A DNA stretch of 64,000 nucleotides from an uncultured bacterium. GTDB lineage: Bacteria; Zixibacteria; MSB-5A5; CAIYYT01. The stretch covers positions 288,001 to 352,000 of the forward strand of contig CAVSCK010000003.1 in NCBI GenBank assembly GCA_963726455.1, given 5' to 3'. Position numbers and translations under genes: made by a program. Below are positions 41,162 through 51,491 of the stretch, in pieces; positions within the stretch are counted from its first letter, which is position 1, and each line of letters opens with the position of its first letter. A model generated the notes under the pieces. The model had not been told where the DNA came from. It ran no database searches and worked only from the letters and a program-made list of their open reading frames with translations.

Positions 41162-42562
41162 TTACGGGCTGACGTGGTCAAGTATCTGTTTGGCGATGGT
41201 CTGGTAATCGCCGCCGAAATGGTGTCCGCCAGACATCTGTATCGACGTCACGAAACTGGTATCGAGATCAAGGCAAATCGAATGTTTTTCCTCCGATCCA
41301 TAGAAGCACAGGACGCGTTGTCCCTTGAGTTTGTCCACTTCCGGCTGCACGGGCAACGCCGTCTTGGGATTGCCACCGGACAGCCAGTCGGTCAGATGAA
41401 ACTGGAAGTCGACCGACTCTTCGAGACCCAGCAGCGCTACGCCGACGACCTGGTCCAGAGTGGACGCCGGTAGTCGATTCGCCATGAAGGGCAAAACGTC
41501 AGCGCCGCGAGAATAACCAACGAGCAACACTTTGTTTTTCTTCCAGGCGTCTGTGTAGTGGCTGATGATACGCAACAGGTCCATGCTGGCACCTTCGGGT
41601 GTTTTGCGATTCCAGAAATACTTCAGTGAATTGAGCCCGACTACGGAAATTCCCTGTGAGGAAAAGTACTCTCCCAGTTGCTTGTCGATATTTGCCCAGC
41701 CGCCGTCACCGGAAATGATCACCGCCAGTAAATCTTTTGAATCACCCGTTGCGGGCAGTTCCACCAACGGCAAATCGCTTAGATTCGTTGAACCCGGCAC
41801 CGCCAGGGATGTATCCGTAGGAATCGTAAGTCGACCGAAGGCATGGCGCAGTTGCGGCAACCAGTTCTTTTGCACGGCAAAACCATGGCCGACCTTGGGC
41901 AATAGCTCGAGTTGGGCGTTCTTCACCTGCTTGACGAATTCTTCGACATTCTTGGCGTCGCAAACTTGATCGACCACTCCCTGAAATGCAACCCATTGCT
42001 GCTCCAGATGCTTTGCCGGCAGGAAACTATACCCCTTCCCTTTCGGGCCGGCCGTCCATTCCAGTCCGCTTCCTTTACAAAGCGGTTTAGTCAACGGCAG
42101 ATCGGGACAGAATCCCATACTGATGGCGCCTGCGAAGGTGTTTGGCGGCGCCTCCACCAACGCGGCATATACCAGCGTTGCTCCGGAGGAATAACCGATA
42201 AGCACCGGCGGCTGGTAAGTCGGCAACTCCAGTTTCTTCTGCGTGTACTGGCTCAACGCCTCGAAATCGGCGGCAACATACGAGCACTGGTCATTCGCGA
42301 CAGCCAGTTCCTTTAGATAGTGGATGATGTCAAACCCGATGACGAGCGCGTTTTCGCCCGCCAGCGACCGCGCCATTTCGACGACACCCAGATTCCAGCC
42401 GCCGTCGCCCGATACGAAGATTGCCACGCGCTCCGGTTTCGGCGTGGTCTGGTAGAGATATACTTTTCCGAACTTGCCAAACCGCAGTGTGTCCTCTTGC
42501 ACACCCCACGCCGTGGCTGACATCAAGAACAGCACTAACAAGAGACCCGTTAGTTTTCTCAT
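41162..42562 (-). CDS. acvB: AcvB/VirJ family lysyl-phosphatidylglycerol hydrolase
   Basis: Two alpha/beta-hydrolase repeats (SGDGGW; GYSSG / GYSRG; GHGF / GGHHF). Downstream of mprF. Confidence 0.9.
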   Translation of the reverse strand: MRKLTGLLLVLFLMSATAWGVQEDTLRFGKFGKVYLYQTTPKPERVAIFVSGDGGWNLGVVEMARSLAGENALVIGFDIIHYLKELAVANDQCSYVAADFEALSQYTQKKLELPTYQPPVLIGYSSGATLVYAALVEAPPNTFAGAISMGFCPDLPLTKPLCKGSGLEWTAGPKGKGYSFLPAKHLEQQWVAFQGVVDQVCDAKNVEEFVKQVKNAQLELLPKVGHGFAVQKNWLPQLRHAFGRLTIPTDTSLAVPGSTNLSDLPLVELPATGDSKDLLAVIISGDGGWANIDKQLGEYFSSQGISVVGLNSLKYFWNRKTPEGASMDLLRIISHYTDAWKKNKVLLVGYSRGADVLPFMANRLPASTLDQVVGVALLGLEESVDFQFHLTDWLSGGNPKTALPVQPEVDKLKGQRVLCFYGSEEKHSICLDLDTSFVTSIQMSGGHHFGGDYQTIAKQILDHVSP

Positions 42563-45115
42563 TTCTTAACCACTCCTGATATGCCTCCGGAAATCATGGA
42601 GGCAATATTGGTCAAAATCCTGAATACTGCTACGCCGCCCGGCGACGCCAGATAGCGCGGCGCCCAGACCGGCTTGTACTTATCTTTATACTGCCGTAAG
42701 CCCTGGAAATTATAGAAATGCTCGCCATGCCGAAAGATAAACGTCCCCAACTGATTCCAGAATGGCGCTATGGCACGATTCTCCAGCCCGGATAATGGCG
42801 CCATTCCCAGATTGAACCAGCGGTAGCCCTGTTCCTTGCCGTACAGCATCAATTCGATAAACATATAATCCATCACGCCCACCGGCGCGTCGGGCAGATG
42901 CCGCATCAAGTCGATGGAAAGTTCTTCACAGTCACCCGTGGCCCAGATATTGGCAAACGCGATGATCTGTCCTGTCCTTCCACACCAGGGCCATCGGCAT
43001 CCGCGTAAGATACGGCTCGTAGAAATAGCCCAGCGAGAATCGTTTCTCGCGGGTGTTCTTGTATTCCAGCCAGGAGTCGGATATCTCCCGCAATCTTGGC
43101 AGCAACGCCTTCACTTCCTCCGGCGGCACAATCTGGAACGAGCATCCTTCACTCTCCGGCTTGCGATGCCAATGCCGAAACGGCTTGTTGGCATGGCCCT
43201 CAAGCGAAAACCCACTCAGCGGCACGATTGCCTCTTCCCCCAGTTTGAGCAGACTTAATCCCATTTCCAGATAGAGCGGCAAATTCTCCGCATCGACCTG
43301 ATAGAATGCCGTCCAGCCCCCATGGCGATCAGACATCTCATGAAATTGCCAGAGCAACTCTTTCCATTCCTCGCGTGATCCCACCGGATCCCCCATGGCC
43401 GCCCAGGTTCTGCCGGAGATTCCATACATTATAAACGCCCGTCCGTTCCGGCTGAACAGCAGTTCCTTGTCTCCGATCAATGCCAGATGCGAAACTGAAC
43501 TCGAACAGCTTTTGACAATCGGCATTGTGTTGTCAAGAACCTCCAGACTTGGCAAGGTCGGTTCCGGCGGCGCCGGTCGCAGCAATCGCCAGATCGCCAA
43601 CAACAGCGCCGCGCTGACTACTCCCGCGCCGGCGCGCAAAGAACGTGGCGCGTCGCCGAAGAACTCGAATTGCCACCAGAGTTTGCTGCCGTACTCAACG
43701 TGTTTGAACGAGAACATGGTTAACCAGAACGAACACGCCAGCACGACCACGATCGCGCCGATCCAGGCCGGACTTAACGACCTTCCCAGCAGCGAGGACT
43801 TGCGATAGAAATATGATCTGGACGGCAGCAGCAACAGCAGCATGAGCGACAGTATCAGTGCTTCTTCATAGTCGAAACCCTTTAGCAAAGACACCACGAC
43901 ACCGACACCCAGCAGAAACAAACTCAGCACGTAGGCCGCATCAACACGGCGCTGCAATCCGCGCGCGAGCAACAACAATCCCAGCCCGGCGATACTCCCG
44001 ATAAAATGCGACAGTTCGATGACCGGCAGCGGCAGGAAATCGCGCAGCAACTCCATGCGTTCGCTCTCCGCCGGCGTGGCGCTCGAAAACAGCAGCACGA
44101 CACCCGATATGAACACGAGAAACGAAAACAACTGCGGCGCAATCATCGAAATCCAGCGGCCCACATTCGCCGCCAATTTCATCAAACCTTCACGCTTGCG
44201 CGAAATCTCGAACGCCGCCAGCGAACTTGCCGCTACGAAAAGTGGCACCAGATAGTAGACGATGCGGTAGGCCAAGAGCGACCCAACCAACTCCGCCGGT
44301 GTTGCCACCGGACCGATGAGAAGAATAAAGACGGTTTCGAAAACTCCCAATCCCCCAGGTATATTGCTGATCAATCCCGCGATTTGCGACAGCAGAAAAA
44401 TTCCCAGCACATGGAAATAGCTGACCTGCGCCGAGTCGGGCAATACTATGTAGATTGCGCCTGCCGCCATCAGCCAGTCGAATGTGCCCAGCGCCATCTG
44501 CGCGAATGTGGTGGGCAGGGTCGGAATATCGAATTGCCAGCCCTTGACCTTGATCGGGCTGCGGAACAACGTGATCTTGACCAGGTAGGCGAGCAATAGT
44601 CCCACGAAGAACAGTCCCAGGGGAATTGTCGAGACGAACGGCAGCCGGATCTGTTCCGGTATCATGACCGGTGCGGTCGTCAAGACTATCGCAGCGGTCG
44701 TCAAGTAACCCAGCCAGAAGGTAGCGACTCCGAATCCCATCAGTGTCGTAATCTCCAGCGCGGACAAACCCCACGCGCCATAGATTCGATAGCGCAACGA
44801 ACCGCCGGTGAAGACTGAGAAACCGAGATTGTGAGCGATGGCGTATGTTATGAACGAGGTCATGGCGACCTTGGGATATTCCAATGGGTGCTTGATGTGC
44901 CGCAACGCCAGCATGTCGTAGCCCGACAGCGCCAGGTAGCTCAGCAGCGAGAACATCAGCGCCATCAGCACATGCGGAAACGGTATCGACCGAAATTGAG
45001 CGATAATGTCCGCCAGCCGATGATGCCCCAGTTCCCGATGCAGCACCCACAGAGCTGCCAGGAATAACCCGATTGCGATAACCGACCCGATTACTTCGAG
45101 CAGTCTTTTGTTCAT
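42559..45115 (-). CDS. mprF: Bifunctional lysyl-PG flippase/synthetase MprF, frameshifted near 42930
   Basis: GGSLRYRIY, PGGLGVFE, AYRIVYY, KLGEEA, EKRFSLG, FNLGMAPLSGL, FYNFQGLRQYKDKY. Confidence 0.95.
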
Positions 45116-45270
45116 ATAGCTCCCACCAAATCAACAGAGTGGTCGCATGGGTGTCAAGTTTGAGTTAGATAACCGGTGCTTGGCATTTCCTCGCCCACCT
45201 TGCTCCGATACGCTTATGACCGGCCTGCCGTTGGCGTTGTATCGCTATGGCCTATCGTTCGCAGGGTATA

Positions 45271-45352
45271 GTAGGTTGAACATTCCTGTTTGACATTCCC
45301 CAACTGTCATTAGAGTAGCCAAAAACAGGACAAGCAGGCATGCTCATTCTAC
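45271..45352. repeat. Inverted pair of GTAG-type REPs (REPIN-like)
   Basis: gtaggttgaacattcctgtttg ... gacaagcaggcatgctcattctac; same family as in the 56.9-61.2 kb arrays. Confidence 0.65.
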
Positions 45353-45383
45353 TCCGCGGGGAGAGAGAATGTGACGGAGTGCA

Positions 45384-46196
45384 CTACATGAACCACTTCT
45401 TCTTTTGATGGATGATGTCACCGAACTTCTTCATAAATTCCATTTCGTCGGGTGACAGCGGTCCCTTGCTCAGGCCTTTGATATTCTCCAGCAGTTGTTT
45501 TTCGTTCAGCGGCGCATTCAAGCAGACGTCAACATTCGGATTCGACAGTACAAAACGATAGCACTGATCCGCGCTCGGAATCGGTGCATCCGCCGGATAG
45601 CCGCCCGGACGCCGCAACAAATATCCCCAACGCGTGGCGGTATAGCTGACGACTCCCGGATCGTGCGCTGCCAGGTGCGGAAAGATATCCTGTTCCGCGC
45701 CACGGTGGGCCGCATTGTAACGCATCATCGTGACATCAATCGCCCCGGCGGAAATCAAATTCCCGATAAACTTCCGATCATGGCACGACATTCCGATCGA
45801 CCGCACCTTGCCTTCTTCGCGGAACTTGCGCATCTCTTCGAGTTCGCGCTCTCCGATGTGTTTCGGCTTGGTCACCCCGAGAAAGAGGAACACATCGATG
45901 TAATCGGTCTTGAGCTGGCGCAACCGCTTTTCCAGAGTGCGACGCAAATTGGGATGGCCAACCAGCAAATTGTACGCGCCGGTACTGATGACAAGCTTCT
46001 CGCGCTGTGTCGCCGAGAATTCCCGCAGCGCTTTGGTCATCTGCCAGTCAAAACCATAACAGAAGAAGTAGTTGACGCCGGCGTCGAGTGCTTTGTGAAT
46101 GGCGTTCTTACCGGGACGATAGGTACCCGACAGACCGAGGCGAAATACCTTCAGCCCGGTGTTGCCGAGCGTGGCATGCAGAAAGTCATCATTCAT
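45384..46196 (-). CDS. Aldo/keto reductase
   Basis: TLGNTGLKVFRLGL, LRQLKTDYIDVF, GKVRSIGMS.H. Confidence 0.9.
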   Translation of the reverse strand: MNDDFLHATLGNTGLKVFRLGLSGTYRPGKNAIHKALDAGVNYFFCYGFDWQMTKALREFSATQREKLVISTGAYNLLVGHPNLRRTLEKRLRQLKTDYIDVFLFLGVTKPKHIGERELEEMRKFREEGKVRSIGMSCHDRKFIGNLISAGAIDVTMMRYNAAHRGAEQDIFPHLAAHDPGVVSYTATRWGYLLRRPGGYPADAPIPSADQCYRFVLSNPNVDVCLNAPLNEKQLLENIKGLSKGPLSPDEMEFMKKFGDIIHQKKKWFM

Positions 46197-46356
46197 GTTT
46201 CTGGTCTCCGATTGGCAGTGATGTTCCACTACAAGATCGCCGTCGGAGCGCCAAACAGCAACAAAAACGATGACTTTGTAACTTACTTGATATGAACTGA
46301 GATTGTTCGCGCGCGGCGTACGAGGTACGTACACCGCGCCCGATTAGAAATCGAAC

Positions 46357-46860
46357 TTACTCCAGACAGTCCGCGAGTTTGTCGAACATCTGGTTCCACC
46401 CGTCCTTGCATTCGTCATTTATCTTACCGGCTGGTATCCCGACATGCGTCAGCGTCATTCTGGTTTTGCCGTTTTGTTCGTGGAACGTAACGGTGATGCG
46501 CGTTTCCATCGGGAAGTCCCCTTCAAAACCGTAGTGCTTCGCCGAAACGGGATTACCCTTTTCGTCGGCGAATGAGTCGGTTACAGTGATGCGTTCATTC
46601 TTGACAATTTCGCGATAGGTGCCGGTGGTGTAGGTGTCCTTCCCTTCCGGCGACCGCATACAACCGACATACTTGCCGCCCACGCGGAAATCAATTTCAG
46701 CCATCGGCGTAGTATAACCGTTCGGCCCCCACCATTTCTTGAGGTATTCCGGTTCCGTCCAGGCCCGCCATACGTGTTCGCGCGGCGCATCGAACACACG
46801 ATTGATTACGATGTCTGTCCCCTGCTTGGTCTTTTGACTAACACTGTGCTTGGATGACAT
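46357..46860 (-). CDS. SRPBCC/AHSA1 domain protein
   Basis: RVFDAPREHVWRAWTEPE..KKWWGP, DFRVGG, GWNQMFDKL. Confidence 0.93.
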   Translation of the reverse strand: MSSKHSVSQKTKQGTDIVINRVFDAPREHVWRAWTEPEYLKKWWGPNGYTTPMAEIDFRVGGKYVGCMRSPEGKDTYTTGTYREIVKNERITVTDSFADEKGNPVSAKHYGFEGDFPMETRITVTFHEQNGKTRMTLTHVGIPAGKINDECKDGWNQMFDKLADCLE

Positions 46861-47127
46861 ATTTCCTCCAGTCTGTCCTGTTGTGGATCAACTCTCTTAA
46901 CTCGGTCACCTGACGATACGGGACATCATTGATCCGCGTTGGACATGATCGGCACAGCCCCGGACGTAATCAGCGGCAGTGACTTCGTAATTCCGCCTAC
47001 TGTATGGGCTTTCTCATACTGACGACCAGACTCCGTTGCCCCACAGGACATTGGCCGTGCCCGCCGACATATATCTTGCCTGAAACGCTCCTGTTTACTA
47101 TCATCCCTCGGCACATGTTGAGCATGA

Positions 47128-48541
<1,414 letters not shown>

Positions 48542-48554
48542 CTCTATCGTCTGA

Positions 48555-48688
48555 CCCGTAGGAACACCCGTAGGGACACCCGTAGGGACACCCGTAGGGG
48601 CGCACGGCAGTGCGCCCAGTTTTACGTAGGTCGGCGTTCATGTTGTGTCAGGTCCTGCGCACGACGAAGTCGGGCGTGAGACCTGACA
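48555..48688. repeat. REP cluster: 12-bp tandem cccgtagg(g/a)aca, GTAG REP gtaggggcgcacggcagtgcgccc, gtcaggtc..gacctgac hairpin
   Basis: Direct inspection; the gcacggcagtgc core is shared with the 56-bp unit. Confidence 0.75.
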
Positions 48689-48876
48689 CTTTCATATTCG
48701 CGCCGTCAACTCGTGCGCTGTCAGGAACCCCTTCCTGACGGAACCATCTTGCATGTCCCGGAGCTATGTCATTCCCGCGAAGGCGGGAATCCAGGCTGAT
48801 TTCGTTTGCCGAGGGCCCGGCTCGCCCCTTTCGACTGTGACCTATTGCAAGATCGTTCATTACACCGAAATAACAC

Positions 48877-48951
48877 TTGACACGCCTCGACAAGAACGCA
48901 ACCTTAAAGGCGATATTGTCGTTGACAATCCATGGGAGGGATCACAAAGTG
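48877..48951 (+). promoter_or_regulatory. TTGACA -35 (48877-48882), weak -10 AACCTT, operator-like palindrome ATTGTC-gtt-GACAAT (48915-48929), GGAGG + GTG (48949)
   Basis: All elements are conserved in copy A. Confidence 0.6.
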
Positions 48952-49014
48952 TCAGAACCGGAGAGGTTCGACCCATTGGGACGCGTAGTCTTCTGACTTT
49001 AACAAGGGAGAATT

Positions 49015-49272
49015 ATGAACGAGGAGTTGTTATACTCGATTGATCGTAGTCTTAAGGCTCTGCTTGGGCTTATCGTTTCAATTCGCGACGACAAGCCTCT
49101 TTCACTACGCGAACGAATCGCACGACTGCACGATTTGGGATTTAAGCCAAAGGAGATCAGCGAGATCCTAGGGCGGACGGGAAAGTTTGTTAGTAAGGAA
49201 CTGTCAGAACTTCGCAAGATAAAGAGCAAAGGTGGTAAGAAGAATGGCAAAGGTGCAAAACAAAAAGACTAG
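49015..49272 (+). CDS. Small HTH protein
   Basis: RERIARLHDLGFKPKEISEILGRTGKFVSKELSELR; RBS GGGAG. Confidence 0.7.
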   Translation: MNEELLYSIDRSLKALLGLIVSIRDDKPLSLRERIARLHDLGFKPKEISEILGRTGKFVSKELSELRKIKSKGGKKNGKGAKQKD

Positions 49273-49450
49273 CCAAAAGCCGGAAAAACAGATCAAGCCC
49301 AGCACCACGACGGAGGACTTGTTACGTGACCTGATGATGATCCAACTCGGATTAGCTGGTGTATCTCAGGAAAATATCAGAACCATTGTCGGCGTCGACA
49401 ATAACCGTGTAAGTTGGATTGTACGACACGTCAGAAAGGGGGATAAATAG
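49244..49450 (+). CDS. Small HTH protein
   Basis: LLRDLMMIQLGLAGVSQENIRTIVGVDNNRVSWIV. Confidence 0.65.
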   Translation: MAKVQNKKTSQKPEKQIKPSTTTEDLLRDLMMIQLGLAGVSQENIRTIVGVDNNRVSWIVRHVRKGDK

Positions 49451-49451
49451 A

Positions 49452-49646
49452 ATGGCCGCCAAGAAAACGACACCAACAAAGAGAGTGCCCCAGGATGATC
49501 CAGACTACCTGCTGAACTATTTGGTGGCGTTAGAACTCTTTAAGCTTGGGCTGTCGCAGGTGGATATTGGAAAGCGTTTGCGTCTGCAGACGGCTATCGT
49601 CAACCAAATGCTCAAGGGCATTGATAGGAAGAAGCTCAATCAATGA
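49452..49646 (+). CDS. Small HTH protein
   Basis: LLNYLVALELFKLGLSQVDIGKRLRLQTAIVNQML; RBS AAAGGGG. Confidence 0.65.
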   Translation: MAAKKTTPTKRVPQDDPDYLLNYLVALELFKLGLSQVDIGKRLRLQTAIVNQMLKGIDRKKLNQ

Positions 49647-49780
49647 AATCTGAAAACAGAGTCAGAATCCTCATTTGGAGCAGGAAATGGTCTCGTCCAC
49701 GGAGTGACATAACACGGACTTTCGGTACACCGATCAAGACTGTTCGAACGCTATTAACCCCGAAAGGGTGTAAGGCGTAA
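49643..49780 (+). CDS. Unannotated 45-aa ORF, possibly HTH-like
   Basis: ATGA overlap with the previous stop and ends 1 nt before the next ATG; RSDITRTFGTPIKTVRTLL. Confidence 0.4.
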   Translation: MKSENRVRILIWSRKWSRPRSDITRTFGTPIKTVRTLLTPKGCKA

Positions 49781-49781
49781 T

Positions 49782-50498
49782 ATGGCTCGAGCTAGGCTTG
49801 ATCCTAAGTTGATGCAGAAGGTGGCACAGAAACTGAGGCTCGCCAAGAACCGAGTTAATGTCAAGATCAGCAAGAAGGCAAACAGGCTCGGGATATCCTC
49901 TGAAGCAGCTCTTGCCATCTTGGCGAAAGAACTTGGTATCGCTACCGGGGTATATCAGAGAAGACTTGACCCAACGATCCAGTCAGAGATCAGGATGGCG
50001 CTGCCTACCATAATGCCCTCTCCGAACATACCTCCACCTAGAGTAAATCTACGTCACAAATCCGGTGGAACCGCAGTCGGAAATCAGCGTACCGCATTAA
50101 AGGCCGCTGCTGAATATGTCATTCAAGACGAGGAACTTCGGTCCAGATGCACTGATCTACTTCTGGGTAAGAAGCACTTTGATAGAGCTGTGAATCAAGC
50201 GACGTTGGTTCTTGAAGATAGACTGCGACACAAAGCACAGCCAACAGCGCGACTGGTCGGCGAGAATCTAGCTGGGCATGCTATCAACAGCGATCTTGTA
50301 AAGACAGTATTGAAGGTGAGCGATAATCAGGACGAACAGAGAGGCATTTCAGAGATTGTCAGAGGCATCGTTCCAGCATTTCGCAACACCACGCATCACC
50401 ACCTAGTCGATAGTTTTACTCGCGAAGACGCATTGAGGGTGTGTGGGTTCATCGATGTATTGTTACGCATCATCGATAAGTCAACGAAAGTAAGGTAG
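49782..50498 (+). CDS. TIGR02391/Ymh-family HEPN protein with N-terminal helical domain
   Basis: HFDRAVNQATLVLEDRLR...LVG..L...A.....EQRG....RG...AFRNTTHH (RxxxxH). Confidence 0.8.
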   Translation: MARARLDPKLMQKVAQKLRLAKNRVNVKISKKANRLGISSEAALAILAKELGIATGVYQRRLDPTIQSEIRMALPTIMPSPNIPPPRVNLRHKSGGTAVGNQRTALKAAAEYVIQDEELRSRCTDLLLGKKHFDRAVNQATLVLEDRLRHKAQPTARLVGENLAGHAINSDLVKTVLKVSDNQDEQRGISEIVRGIVPAFRNTTHHHLVDSFTREDALRVCGFIDVLLRIIDKSTKVR

Positions 50499-50552
50499 AG
50501 TTTACGATTTTAGGGATCGCGAGCATGTGCTTTAGGTTCCGCAACAACCAGT

Positions 50553-51437
50553 ATGCCACAGAACGTTACTGACATTCGCTCTAATCTCAACGACCAGATT
50601 GCAAATGCTGCCAAGATCATTGGAAGGTCCAAACAAAGACAAATTGTGTTCAAAGAGATTTACAGAGGCAAGCAGAGAACCAAGACGATTGCGGAACTGG
50701 TGGATGCCACTGGATTAACAAATATCCGCGTTTTGCAGGAAGGAAGTCGCCTAGCACAGCATCAACTAGTTGAAAAGGTTAAGAATGGCTATCGTAAGGA
50801 CCCATTCTATTCGCTTCATTATCGAAGGATTCTTAACTTCGCTCAAAATCCCAATCGACTCAAGAGACTGCCGACTAAAGTCTCTCCCAATATTGCGTCG
50901 CAGAATGTCCGTGTCACTTTTCCTGCTACTGCGGCGAAGGCTATTCACATTACAATGGACGATATTGACTCTTTTAGCATGGTACGACAAGTAAAGATCT
51001 CGACTTCTGCAGTTGACGATCAAAAGCTTTATGAAGCTCACATCAAGTCAGCCGTGAAGAGCTTGATTGGCGAGTCGGGCAAATTCAAAGACTGGGGTGG
51101 CGAGAAGAATGACCTTTTCACGACAAAGGTCAAAATTAAGGGGAGGCGCAGACCAGCGGCATTTGCATTCAAGGGTAGAGCAACGAAGGGAACCCTCACT
51201 CTTGACAAAATGGGTAAACGTGCGGATCAGGTAATTAGACTTTTCTCTGATTCGGTAGCAGAAGTGTACTTGATTGTCTACCAAGGGCAGATAGCTCCGG
51301 TGATATTAGATCAGATGAAGGCTCTAGCCGTCGCAAAAGCTATCGGTGGTGAGAATATCTACTATGGAGTGCTCGATGGGGATGATCTAAGGCGACTCAA
51401 AGCTGCTTACCCCAGCTTCTTTAAGGTGCATAAGTGA
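50553..51437 (+). CDS. Putative HTH + PD-(D/E)xK-like nuclease
   Basis: N-terminal KTIAELVDATGLTNIRVLQ; C-terminal E...K....GE...KDWGGEKNDLFT....AFAFKG...MGK.ADQV.RLF. Confidence 0.55.
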   Translation: MPQNVTDIRSNLNDQIANAAKIIGRSKQRQIVFKEIYRGKQRTKTIAELVDATGLTNIRVLQEGSRLAQHQLVEKVKNGYRKDPFYSLHYRRILNFAQNPNRLKRLPTKVSPNIASQNVRVTFPATAAKAIHITMDDIDSFSMVRQVKISTSAVDDQKLYEAHIKSAVKSLIGESGKFKDWGGEKNDLFTTKVKIKGRRRPAAFAFKGRATKGTLTLDKMGKRADQVIRLFSDSVAEVYLIVYQGQIAPVILDQMKALAVAKAIGGENIYYGVLDGDDLRRLKAAYPSFFKVHK

Positions 51438-51491
51438 AGGGAAAATTGCGTTGCCTCATGCGCTAATTCCAGTACCGTAGGTCAGGAGCCC

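Noticed and set aside
41162-45115. mprF-acvB as a novel system
   Set aside because: This is the established lysyl-PG synthase/hydrolase pair (lpiA-acvB type).
49015-51460. Integron gene-cassette array
   Set aside because: I found no attC-type RYYYAAC...GTTRRRY sites between genes and no intI, and the genes are translationally coupled.
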